A stretch of 63,275 nucleotides of DNA, the filler included, from Stramenopiles sp. TOSAG23-6 (taxonomy: Eukaryota), in the NCBI GenBank assembly GCA_900128565.1. It is 7 parts of 7 records of this genome, joined end to end, with 100 filler letters (N's around TTAATTAATTAA, not from the genome) between each part and the next. Parts side by side here need not be neighbours in the genome. Positions count along the whole stretch, not along the records: positions 1 to 12,022 come from LT636225.1; positions 12,123 to 24,136 come from LT636226.1; 5 more parts are not named here. The stretch is one strand, 5' to 3'. This document shows positions 10,974 to 22,473 of this stretch, in pieces. Position 1 is the stretch's first letter. The number at the start of each line of letters is the position of its first letter. The position numbers and the translations under genes were made by a program. The notes under the pieces were generated by a model that had not been told where the DNA came from, searched no databases, and worked only from the letters and a program-made list of their open reading frames with translations.

Positions 10974-11932
10974 TCAATCAACATCTTTATCAAGCATACT
11001 TTCAAAGCCTTTCCAAAGAACTGTAAAAAGTGCTCCCTGGAGTCCATTGGCTAATAAACGTGTGGATAATCCACGAAAAAATAGTTCTGACCATTGTTCA
11101 TGTGTAAGTTTCAGTATTGTTTTAAATGCTTCTTTTCTGATTTTTCGTTTTGGTGTTTGCTGTACTTGTTTGTTCATTTTTAAACCTTTTTGAGATCCGA
11201 CAACAACATGGATACTATTATAATACGATATTGATGTATGAAATGTTTGACGTACTGTTTTTGCAACTCGAAGAGAATTTGTTGTCGTATCAGATACTAA
11301 TGATGCTAAAAAACCAACTGTTGCATTTCTCAGTAATTTCCCTTGAAGCGTATCTATTTCTGGCAAATAATTATTAAGAGTATTATAGACAAAAAACCAA
11401 GTGTAATGTCCAATAAATGTTGCAGAAAAATGAAGTGATGAACCATGGAATAAAACACTAGGTCTCATTGATAAATCCTTTGTACCAATATTTGTTACCT
11501 GAGTAGAATTTGATGTAACATTCCAAGGAATTCTACATTTTTTTTGTAGTAATGAGAGGCCACTAATACCTTCAACTTGCATTACAGTTTTACATGCATC
11601 TAATGGCATTAACAAAATACGCCACCCAGCAGCAGCTGCTGCTGCTACAACTGATTTTGCAGTATTAGGAATATTTCGTGTTGGTTCGAAAGAATCTAGG
11701 GTATACAAAACCCCTGTATTAGCAGCAGTATCACCAAAGCGTCCAAGAGGTCCTAATATCAATGCAAAACCCATACCTTTATAAAATCGTCGAATCCCTC
11801 CCGCATTATATAAAGCTCGTATAGCTTGCATAGTAGTTGTGCCATAGCGGTATTGATAGTTCATTGTTGTTCTTAGCCACATAAGAGACCCTACTTGAGC
11901 AGCCATTGCTATCGCACCAGGAGCACCACCAC
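10974..11932 (-). CDS. Mitochondrial carrier family protein (5' partial)
   Basis: LMWLRTTMNYQYRYGT, GGIRRFYKG, RFGDTAAN, PLDACKT and LFFRGLSTRLLANGLQG; preceded by a degenerate element ending CAT at 11933. Confidence 0.85.
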
Positions 11933-12022
11933 ATGTACTTGTAGGACACATGCCAATGCTTTTTTTTTGTTAGCTACAAAATTGCTTATGAAAAAAAAAA
12001 AAAAAAAAAAAAAATTAAAAAA

Positions 12023-12122
12023 NNNNNNNNNNNNNNNNNNNNNNNNNNNNNNNNNNNNNNNNNNNNTTAATTAATTAANNNNNNNNNNNNNNNNNNNNNN
12101 NNNNNNNNNNNNNNNNNNNNNN
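12023..12122. other. Artificial contig linker (N-run, TTAATTAATTAA, N-run)
   Basis: The same all-frame-stop linker occurs at six places. Confidence 0.95.
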
Positions 12123-12219
12123 AAAAATATTTCAAAAAAATTCTAAAAAATTTGTTAGGTACGAAATTTCGTATGAAAAAAAAACTCGATTTTTTTGTTG
12201 AAAAAAAAAAAAAACATAC

Positions 12220-12881
12220 ATATGCTGATAACTAAAAGGAGTGGGTGTATCTACAATTCTTCCCATTCCAGCTGCAGCATTTAAAATACTTTTTGTTTCA
12301 TCAAAAATTTTCATATTAAATATAACACAATCAGTTTCACTTTGTTTTCCTCTCAGTGAAATTTTAGTCACAATGTATTGTAGAAAAATATTTCAAAAAA
12401 AAATAAAAATTGTTAGGTACAAAATTTCGTACGAAAAAAAAATTTTAAAAAATTTAAAAAAAAAAAATAATAAAACATACATATTAATTAATTCTTGTAT
12501 AACAATTCCAGGTCTAAAACTTGGTGAATACGGTTCTAAATAATCAATTTCAGATTCTCTCATCATCACTTTAATCGGGGGCATTCCTACAGGATCTTCA
12601 GCAAATTGCCGACTTCCTTTTTTAAACATTTTTGTTTTTTTTGTTTTACCTGCAGATATTACTGTTTTACCTTCATGAATGCATGGACATTTTGGAGGTG
12701 GGCTATGATCAATTGCAAACTGAGGTGGAGGAGAACGAGATTCACGGATAGATTGACGAATAAGTCCAAATGTGACATTTATCATTCGACAGATATTTAA
12801 CGCATCAGCAGCCATGGAATGACTATCTTTACCTCCAGCAACTTCATATTGTTTAATATATACACCCAATAATATCATCAT
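12220..12881 (-). CDS. Bestrophin-like (bacterial/UPF0187 type) fragment; intron 12373-12480
   Basis: GMGRIVDTPTPFSYQH matches the RIxxTPxPFxY motif; N-terminal part not seen, C-terminus cut by the gap. Confidence 0.6.
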
Positions 12882-14733
12882 CTTTAGTCATATGTACAAT
12901 GTCCACATTTGAAGTATTATCTTTTACCTTTTCAGTTTGGCCATTTTTTGTATCGTTTATCTTTGCATCTTCATTTTGTGTACTATTATTACCTGCAATA
13001 AATACCTGGGAACTTTTTATGCCATTCGTAGTATTTTTTGTAGTATTTTGGGATTCATGTACCTTAGGTGGAAATTCCGGCATAAATGAACTAAATTCAT
13101 CTAATAAATCACGATGACCAGAAAAAAGTTGCGTAATGGAGTGCCAAACATTTTTCATACCTGTATTAATTTTTTTTTCGGAATGGGCTGAAAATGTATT
13201 ATTGTTTTTATCTAAAGATTTTGGTACTATATTATTTTGAGTACTTTTTTGAGATTTTACTTCATTTGATGTAGAATTCATGGAATTAGGGTTAGTATGA
13301 ACTGTTCCTGTTGAAGATAAAAGTGTCGCATTTTCCTTTCTATTTTGTGTTTGAGAAACATCAAGAGTATTTATACTTGTCAAATTAGACATTGCTTCTA
13401 TACCTAACGAATTTTGAGTTGGTTTTTGAGAAACCCCTTCAGAAGCATCTATCGCAATACTATCCACTTTGATCTCATCTTTATCTTTTGTATACGAGTT
13501 TAATATTTCCAAGGTCTTGACTGCATAAACAATAATATCAAGAAAATGCTTGTATTTCATAGGATAAAATTCAAATCGTTTTTGTACTTTGGCAATAAAA
13601 TGTTCAGATTGTTGTAAACTCACTGGAGTATTTGCATCACAAGGTGAGTTATGATAATTATAATTATACATCTTATTTCGCTTACAATATTCATGCTGCT
13701 GTATGACATTTCGTACTCGCATCAAATGTTCCATTTTATATTCTTTTGGTAAGAATGGATTAAAACCAATGATAAATGCAGGTTGATCTATAAATAATGT
13801 TACAATTTCATTCATAATGTTGGGTATTTGTCGAGTTCGGTAGGCAGTCTGCAAGACTTGCAATAAACGCACTAACGTAGATATAATATTTTCATTATTA
13901 TAATAACAAATACGAACACGACGGATATAATTATCAACATAGGTAATATGTACGGGATGATCACCATTCCTAAAATACGCATTTGCTCTTTCTTGATCAA
14001 GGATAGAATTCTTTTGTAAATTGGAAAATCCAACAGGAAAATTTGTTCGATGAGCTGTCGGTTTGAGATACTTCAAATTCATGTTATTATTATTTTTTAA
14101 ATTATGATTCGTGTCATTATTCGTAGTATTCCATGAATAAGGTGTTGTTTTGATCATGTCTCTGCGTCGTCTCATTTCTTTAATCTGTGCTTTACCACAA
14201 AAAGTAGCAGCTTGCGTACCCCCCATATTCTCAGAAGCCAATATAGCATAGTTGTTGATTTTTTCTACAATACTCTGTAATCTTTCGGGCATTTTTGATT
14301 CAACAATTGCAAATTGACTGCCACGGCCTTCAGTATTACATCTGCCTTGAGAATTAATGTATGCGACAGTATTTTGGTTTGTTACCGTGTCTCCGTAAAA
14401 ATAATTAGACTCATTTTCACCACTAACTGAAGAGCCACCTATATTTGATGGAGGTCGCGATGGTGATCGAACACGACGGCGCTTCGACTGGCGTTTCTCT
14501 TTAGAAGTGCGCACCTTTTGTTTTCCAGTTTCCGTACGCCTTGCCGTTTTTTTACTGCTCTTTGTAGTAGTTTCTACATAAGCTTTTCCAGCGCATGTAT
14601 CTGCATGTGCCACAATCTGTGACCGTGAAAAACTCTTGAAACAAATAGGACACGCAACAAAATTTTCACGCCGCGAACTACGAGGAAGTGAAGATCTTTC
14701 ACGAACCACTAAATTTGAGGTTGCTGAATTCAT
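12853..14733 (-). CDS. Protein with UBZ4/Rad18-type zinc finger and PAH (Sin3-like) domains
   Basis: CPICFKSFSRSQIVAHADTC; LFIDQPAFIIGFNPFLP; LFSGHRDLLDEFSSFMP. Confidence 0.65.
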   Translation of the reverse strand: MNSATSNLVVRERSSLPRSSRRENFVACPICFKSFSRSQIVAHADTCAGKAYVETTTKSSKKTARRTETGKQKVRTSKEKRQSKRRRVRSPSRPPSNIGGSSVSGENESNYFYGDTVTNQNTVAYINSQGRCNTEGRGSQFAIVESKMPERLQSIVEKINNYAILASENMGGTQAATFCGKAQIKEMRRRRDMIKTTPYSWNTTNNDTNHNLKNNNNMNLKYLKPTAHRTNFPVGFSNLQKNSILDQERANAYFRNGDHPVHITYVDNYIRRVRICYYNNENIISTLVRLLQVLQTAYRTRQIPNIMNEIVTLFIDQPAFIIGFNPFLPKEYKMEHLMRVRNVIQQHEYCKRNKMYNYNYHNSPCDANTPVSLQQSEHFIAKVQKRFEFYPMKYKHFLDIIVYAVKTLEILNSYTKDKDEIKVDSIAIDASEGVSQKPTQNSLGIEAMSNLTSINTLDVSQTQNRKENATLLSSTGTVHTNPNSMNSTSNEVKSQKSTQNNIVPKSLDKNNNTFSAHSEKKINTGMKNVWHSITQLFSGHRDLLDEFSSFMPEFPPKVHESQNTTKNTTNGIKSSQVFIAGNNSTQNEDAKINDTKNGQTEKVKDNTSNVDIVHMTKDDDIIGCIY

Positions 14734-14866
14734 TTACAAAATGCAAAAGTCATTATCTAATATATACGTTGAATCGTTGATGGAATAAACTCCTCGCAAA
14801 CATTTGTTTTAGTGTCTCGCGTATCGCGCATGACGACAAATTTCGAGATTTTGATTGGATGAGGAG

Positions 14867-14874
14867 TGACGTCA
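14867..14874. promoter_or_regulatory. TGACGTCA (CRE/bZIP-type palindrome) in a divergent intergenic region
   Basis: Perfect palindrome between head-to-head genes; a second copy lies at 39439-39446 in another divergent gap. Confidence 0.35.
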
Positions 14875-15095
14875 TCGACGTCATCTTCCGCGTGAACCGG
14901 GTAACTATCCGTCTAGTCATTTTTGATAAGGCATATGCAGCCAATATCTTTTTTACCTTACTTTAGTATCTTTTCTTCCACTGACATCAACAGAGATTTA
15001 CTAAATACAATTGATTTTTAACACAAATGATAATCAAGACAAGTTTTGAATAAACGAACGATCCTCTAGCAAACAGTAAATTTGTGCTGAAGTAA

Positions 15096-18000
15096 ATGAG
15101 TTATATGCTGAGAGAAAACCATAATAACCAGTCATCTTCTCCTTCGCCTTTTTCACAAAGTCCCAGGTCGAAGCGCAGCAGTACACCGTCAAATGATTCC
15201 ACAACGCCCTCTGATTCCCCTGACATGGTCCAGTCTGATAGTCCAGATTCTGGAAGAGTTTCCACTGAAAGTTTTGTTGCAGATTTGCAGGAAAGAGGAC
15301 CGACTGAAGTTTTTCGTACTGCGAATGCTTCACAGAGAGCCATCTCCCGAAAAACAACAAGACTGATGTTAAGCGAACACCCAAAGAAACGACCACTGGT
15401 AAATATTCTTTCCAAAATGAAACAATTAATGGAAAAAGATGACCCAAATAAGGACCAGTGGATTTGTCATTCTTGTTTATATGAACATAATAGAAACGAC
15501 CGGTATGAGTGTCTTCTATGTGGAACCCATCGTTTGAAAAAACGACCAATAGAAGGATTTGGCTTTTCTCGTTTTAAATCAATATCAAATGATACACGTG
15601 CTGTAGCAAAATTTAATAAATCTGGTGATAAACACAATTTTATTAAAGTCACTCGGAAATTAGATGAAGCTCAAAATGTAAAGCAGGGAGAATTCGATCA
15701 GTATTCTACACCAGTGTACGTTTGATATGAATTTCTAATTTATTTTTTTTTCATACGAAATTTCGTACCGCATGCCAGCTAAGCAAACAGTAGAACAATT
15801 ACTTGAGATAGCAAAAAATAAAGTGGAAGAGATATCAATTGCTTTGGAAAAAAGCAAATATAAAAACAAAGAATTTATGTTACAAAATAAAATAAAATGG
15901 GAAAAACGTGCAAATATGGATAAAGAAACTCTTCAATTATACATGAAAAAGAAACATAAATATATTTGGAAATGGTATAAAAAAGAAGCCCAAAAACCAA
16001 TTCAGGATAAATATGGCAGATTTCCATTATTTTGGCGAGGTTTGGCCCAATGGAAACCTTGGTGGGAGGTCGATGATTTATATTGTACATATCTTATAAA
16101 ATTGGAAACAATGGAGAGTGAATTTGAGGATTTAAAACAATGGTATGTTTTATTTTTTTTCAAATTCGTTTTTTTTTTCGTACGAAATTTCGTACCTAAC
16201 GATTTTTTTTTGAAATATTTTTCCAAAATAGGTATCACCAACCAGGGCCAGCAAAAGACCAAATGCGTAAATTACATGGTGAATTTCCAGAGTTCTGGGA
16301 AGATCTCGAAGATTGGCAACCTTTCGATGATGTATATCAAGAATATAGTTTATTGATGAAATCAATATCAGTGGTTCTTCCATCTATGTGTACGTTTTTT
16401 TTTTTTTTCAATTTTGAATTTTTTTTTCGTACGAAATTTTGTACGTAACATTTTTTTTTTTTTTTGAAATATTTTTTCACAATACGTGTGCATGGTATTA
16501 CAGACCTAACCACAAAGGCAATGTCCCCGCTGAATTAAGATCTTCCCAAACGAATAAAATATTTGGAAAATTTCCATATGATGCAAATGATGCTGCAGCT
16601 TTATATGGACTTGCTGCAATAGATGAAGTGAACCATAATCGTAAAGCTATTATCATTAAAAAATATACAAATATTCGAAATAAGACAAAAATTCAGAATG
16701 AAGCTGCAAAAACAATCCAATGTCATATACGAGGATTTGTTTGTCGCAAAACTATCTGTAATGAAGATGATAGAGGTTGTGATGTTGATGAAAATAAAGA
16801 TGATAAAGGTTGTGATGTTGATGAAAATAAAGATGATAAAGGTTGTGATGTTAATGAAAATAATAAAGGTGCTAAAGATGATACATGTGATGATATAATC
16901 ACTGAAGAAAATGATAACAGTTGTGATAAAAATGCTAAAGATGATGCAAGTGATGATATAATCACTGACAAAAGTATAAAGTCCGACAATATAAAAGAAC
17001 AAAATGGAGAATACCACATTAATGAAATTTTATTTGATTTAGGACCAAACGCATCCAAGGCTGTGGTTCTCTATTGGAAATATTTTGATGAAGTAATTGA
17101 GAGATATAAACATTACCTCAAGTGGTCAGCTCCAGTAGATGAATCTGATATTCTTGAGCTATTAGTGTATACAAAACAAGATAATAGTGATATAAATAAT
17201 GTAAATGATAATTTAAGCAGTGATGATTCATCATTAGATAGTGAAAACTCGAGTGATGAATCAGAGCATGAAACAACAAAAGAGACTTTACCAGAGAAAA
17301 AAGATATAAGAATGAGTATGTTCAAACAAAAGTCTATTTCTGTTGGCGCAAAAGCTTTGAGTGGCGAATCTGCATTAGCAAATATTGTTAATCAACAGCT
17401 TGATTTAGCTTCAGTTGCAAAAACACCACCAGAAAAACGATCAACAGATGCGTTAGTTATTTTAGCAAACTTTTTGAAATCAAGTTTATCTAAGACTAAA
17501 TTGATTCTACAAAAGCTTCAAGAGCAACATGCATGGATTCAAATTGCACGAATTGTAGAGTGTAAAAGCTATCACCGAGGTGAAGTTGTATTTACTGTTC
17601 CACAAGAAGAAGACGGATACTTTATAATTGTTCGTGGACAAGCAGGACTGTGTACGGAACGTAATTTAGATAAGACAGAAAATATGTCCCCAAGAGAAGA
17701 AGAAGGTGCAATGTTTTATGATGAGCATAATGGTGATGAAGTTGGATATAATGATATAATAGCTAACAAATTTGAAGTTTTGCAAGAGTTTGGTGTAGGC
17801 ACATCAATTGATCATAGTAGCGCATGGCAGTCATGGACGGGTAGAGCAAATAGTTTTGTATCTTTAACTGACGATACATTGATTACGTTTATTGAGGGTA
17901 AAAAGCTTTTGCGAATATTTCAAGAACAAAATGATATTCTTGAAAAAGAAATATCAAGTATAAAAACGAGACAGAATACGGAAATTTCAACTTCAAGGTT

Positions 18001-20215
18001 AATACAAATATTTACTACAAAACCACCAAAGCGCACAAAAAAACAAAGACGTGTTGCAGGTGAAATAATACATCTTTTATTGTTACAGTGTCATTGTTAT
18101 GATGAGATTTACAAATCAAGCTGTGTTGGCAATGTAAGCGGCTTAAGTATTGATGTGAAGTACACACCATCACCGAAAGAGTGGAAGAATATTTTACGAG
18201 AAACAAAACAAATGAATGCGACATCAGCATCTCCTAATTTTGATATGAACCCGGTTAGTCCACGAAATCGAAGATTACAACGTGAAAAAAAGAGGAGTGA
18301 AACAAAATTAGAAGATTGTTGGGAACTTGCCAGGCGTAAATGTGGTGGAATCGATATAAACATGTTTGAAGATTTAGCTGCAACAAACAAAATGTGTATT
18401 TGTGAAATTAATATAGGTGAGTTTCTTTATAAGGAAGACGATGCAGCAAATTCATGTTATATTATGCTTGCCGGAAAAGCACATTTAATAAAAGGTTTAG
18501 ATGAATATTACAGACCTAAGGTAATATGTAAGCTTGGATCTGGCGCATTTATTGGCGAAGAGGCAATACTAGTGAATGGTGATGATAAAAATGACAAAAA
18601 TATTTTACAAACAGAGATACTTGAAAATAGCACTGTTGAATGTAAAACATTTGAAAATGGCGTACTAGCTGTTGAGCCATCGATTTTTCTTCAAATAAGT
18701 AGTAAATGGTATCAACGTGCATTAAAAAGTAGAAAATGTCGTATGCTAAAGAGTGATATAAATAATTTACGTAAAACAAGATTATTTGGTGATGCCTCTG
18801 ATGAAGAGTTGATGGTACTATTACCTTTATTTATGGTACATTATATTAATCGAGGAGATCCAATATATGCACGTGGTGATTTTACAAACAGAATTATTCA
18901 TCTTATTGCGAAAGGTACCGTCGATTTAGTTCCAGTTTCACCTGAAGCAGCTTCTAGATTATCATTTGAAAATGTTGCTATTTCTAGCGATACTACTACT
19001 ATAGGAAGTAAAAATAGTAAAAACAGATCACAAAGTCAAAGTCCAACTCTTGAAGAATTACATGCAAATTTGTTAAATAATAAGTATTTAGTCGAAGAAA
19101 ATGCCCTCGGAGCAGATAAACTAGAAGAATCAGTTGATTTGGGCCCAACACCATATGAAAAGGTAGCTTCAACTATTCGAAAGTATGGCCAATTGAAGGC
19201 AATTCCAATTTTAACTCTTAGTGCAGGACAATATTGTGGCGATGTAGAAGCATGTAGTCCATGTACACGACGAGATAATTATGGAAAATTTATTCAAATG
19301 AGAGCTAGAGCTACTGCATTAGTAAGAAGTCACCAATCGTGTATTTATTCAATGAGTTTGTTATCAGATATTTCTATTTCTTCTCGATCTGAAAAAAACA
19401 ATGAAAATTATAGTTTCAAAGATGAAGAAGCGTTAGTTCAACGTGCTAAGATCAGACTACAAACAATGATTTTAAATATTCGTGAAAACTCTAAACTCCG
19501 AAAAGAGTTTTGGGATTCTCGTTGCAAGTCTTCAGGCATTGTTAGTGATAAATTAAATGAAGAAAAAACAAGATTATTAAAGCAGCAAAGAATCGATGAG
19601 GTCATTTTATGTAAGCAACAAAGACAAAATAAAATAGATTCAGTTTTAAATGGAGTTTTTGGAGGTCATGGAAATATACCTCAAGGTAAATGTCTTGAGC
19701 CTCTTCAAATTAATACTGATCATGATAAAGTAGAAAAAACGTCTGGTAAAGAGAGCGTGAGTCCTAAATTATTTACAAGTAGCTTACAACAAGAAAAAAT
19801 TACAAATGATCCAAATAATATTCTAAGGTTTACCGATGTATTGGCGAATATATTTGATGACAAAACACGCAGAAGTTCTGGACTTCCTCCGATAGATCAG
19901 AAAACAGTTAAATTGATGGAACCATATACTTCTGACACAGAAAAAGAAATAAAATATCAAAAAATACTAAAACATGATGCAATACGAAATAGACAAATTA
20001 TGAATTCGCCAAATTCTGAATTATTGATACCTCCTTCATTTATAAAAAGTAGAAAAGCAAATATATGGGAAGATTTAAATACGGTGCCCACAGGAAGTGA
20101 ATTTGAAGAGAGAATTAGACTTGAATATCAATTACAGGCAAAACCTACTACAAGTATCTCAAAAATATCATTGAAAAGTATTAGAAAAAAACAAAAAAAG
20201 TTGATAAAAGAATAA
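15096..20215 (+). CDS. Large cyclic-nucleotide-binding-domain protein with RanBP2-type zinc finger and IQ motif; introns 15716-15773, 16143-16231, 16390-16487
   Basis: WICHSC...ECLLCGT; AAKTIQCHIRGFVCRK; GEFLYKEDDAANSCYIMLAG...LGSGAFIGEEAIL. Four ORFs join in frame after removing the elements. Confidence 0.7.
15716..15773 (+). mobile_element. Internally deleted 58-nt Introner-like intron, GT...AT
   Basis: CCA GT|GTACGT...CATACGAAATTTCGTACC GCAT|G CCA; frame restored. Confidence 0.65.
16143..16231 (+). mobile_element. Introner-like intron, GT...AG copy with perfect 16-bp palindrome
   Basis: TG|GTATGT...GTACGAAATTTCGTAC CTAAC...AAAATAG|G. Confidence 0.8.
16390..16487 (+). mobile_element. Introner-like intron, GT...GT
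   Basis: ATG T|GTACGT...AATACGT|GT GCA TGG; GT duplicated. Confidence 0.75.
16762..16870 (+). repeat. 33-bp coding tandem repeat (DENKDDKGCDV)
   Basis: About three near-identical copies. Confidence 0.8.
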
Positions 20216-20354
20216 AGTTTTTCGTGTTTTTCGTGTTTTTCAAAATATTTGAATGATCATTTTGAATTGAATGTTATTTTTTTTGAACCTTCTTCGGCGC
20301 TTTGTTCTTTGTTCCCCTAAGCTAGAGTCTCATTATCAAACATTTAAATTCATA

Positions 20355-22265
20355 ATGCATCGGGGTCGAGCAAACCCTCGAACTCCGGGTCCAAGACACC
20401 AACCCACCAGCTTTTCTTATCCTGTATTAAAGTTTTCAGTAATTCTTGATGCGTTATCTGGGTTACTACCAGGTCAGCCTGTTACGTTGGACGATCTAAA
20501 AAACCCAAAACAGGCTCTTGTATGGCGCATTTACGAAGGCTTTGCAGATCTTCTCATGGGTGTGACAAAGGAGGAATTGAATCAACCAGTATTTTCTGGT
20601 ATTGGGGAGCTGTCTCATCCTGGTTTGCACGAAGACTCTATTCCACGTTTGGCTTTACTACGCAAGACAGAGAAACTTTTATCAAGTTGTGGATACAAAA
20701 ATTTCCAGCTCAAAGATCTTCTCAAACCAAGTCCAGAAGCCCTTCGCAGTCAGCTTAGTGCTGTCATAAACCTTGCTAAATTCCGCGAAGAACGATATGA
20801 AACATATTCAGCATATGATGTTGAAGCTATAGGATTAGAAGAATCACTAGCTCAACAAAATGGAATAAACGAAGAACTTTCCGAGTCGATTGCTGCCATC
20901 AAGCTTTCAAAGGAAGAAGAACGCCCTGCAGTAGACGCACTTTTAGAAAGTAACACTGATCTTGAAAATCAAGTTAAAATGGCGAATAAGAAACAATCAA
21001 AAATGCGCTCTGATACAGCTTCTTTAAAAAAAGAGTATGAGGCTGCTCGAAATGAAATTGAAAATCTTAAATTTCAAATAGCTGGTGTAAATGTATGTTT
21101 TTATTTTATTTTATTTTTTTTCGGTAAAAAAAAATCGATTTTTTTCATAGTAAATTTTGTACCTAACAAATTTTTTAGAATTTTTTTTGAAATATTTTCC
21201 CAAAATATATGAGGCCTGTAGAATTTTAGACTCACAAATTGTTCGTTCACCTGAAAGATTGCGAGGAGAAATCGTACATCTCCAACAAACACTTGAAGAA
21301 GAAAAGTTATCTCTCCGAAATTTAACAGAACGTCGCAAAGAATATGAACGTTTTCAAAATTAAATTTTGAATTTTTTTTTCATACGAAATTTTGTACCTA
21401 ACAATTTTTTTTTTTTCGGTAAAAAAAAAAAAAATATTTTTCCAAAATACATGAACTTCGACAATCAGCTATCCAGCAAAGTGAGAAAGTGGTTTCAAAG
21501 TCAATTGCATTAATGAAGGTTATTGCCGATGAACAGAGTAAGTGTAAAAGAGCTGCAAAAGAAATGAAAACAGGTCATCTTCGTGTCCAAGAAAAAACAG
21601 CTGAAATTGAGAAAGAAAAAGTTATTCGACAACATATAACACGAAAACTCGAGAGATTTGGAGAACGATCTGAAAAAACACGTGAAAATTTGGAGGTCAA
21701 AATGGAAGCTGCTTCTGATTTATTGTATCTTTTTATTTTTTTTCAAATTCGATTTTTTTTTTATAGTAAATTTTGTACCTAACAAATTTGAGTTTTTTTT
21801 TTTGAAATATTTTTCCAAAATACATAAGTGAAAATCAAAATGAACTTCATGAACTAAAGGAAGAACATCGTAATGACGAAATGCGAATTAATAATCTTGA
21901 AAAAGAAGAAATTGGCTTACGAGCTGAAATTGCAAAGGAAAATTCTGTTTTTAATCAAGTCATGTAGGTTTTTTTTTTTCATTTTTTTTTTTCATACGAT
22001 ATTTTGTACCTAAGGTTTTTATCTCATTTTTTTTTTTTCGTAATTTTTTTTTTTTTTTTTTCCCGTAAAATTTTTTATTAAAGAATTCTGAATTGTACAT
22101 ATTTTTTCATAATAAATGTCTAGCCGGAAACAAGTTTATAATAATCTCGTTAATAAAGTATCCTGCTATAACAGACAAGTTGTGAATTGTATCCAACGAC
22201 AACATCAAACATCTTTTGAAAATACACTAACAGAATGCGACAAAAATTTAATCTCAGATTTATAA
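20355..22265 (+). CDS. NUF2: Kinetochore protein Nuf2; introns 21093-21210, 21346-21452, 21725-21825, 21964-22117
   Basis: FSYPVLK, DDLKNP, FQLKDLLKP, LSAVINLAKFREER, IVRSPERLR and a coiled-coil tail. Confidence 0.85.
21346..21452 (+). mobile_element. Introner-like intron starting GA (GAACGT...CAT)
   Basis: TAT|GAACGTTTT...AATACAT|GAA CTT; ATGAAC duplicated at the junctions. Confidence 0.7.
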
Positions 22266-22272
22266 GAGAAAA

Positions 22273-22377
22273 GTAATTTCTAAATCAATTTAAAAAAAAA
22301 AAAGAGTTTTTTTTCGTAGTAAATTTTGTACCTAATATGTTTTTAAAGTAATTTCGAATATATTTTTTACATTTTAT
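22273..22377 (+). mobile_element. Degenerate element copy downstream of the Nuf2 stop (probable 3' UTR)
   Basis: TTCGTAGTAAATTTTGTACCTAAT core; ends approximate. Confidence 0.5.
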
Positions 22378-22473
22378 GTATCTGTGTAGACAGACACAAG
22401 TGAATTTTGATTATATAAAAACATAATTCTAAACGTAATAATATATATTTGGTTTTATTTTATAATACACGTT

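Noticed and set aside
12067-12078. TTAATTAATTAA flanked by N runs, six times
   Set aside because: Artificial all-frame-stop linker. Gene adjacency across it is meaningless. Most contig ends fall inside element copies or other repeats, as expected for assembly breaks.
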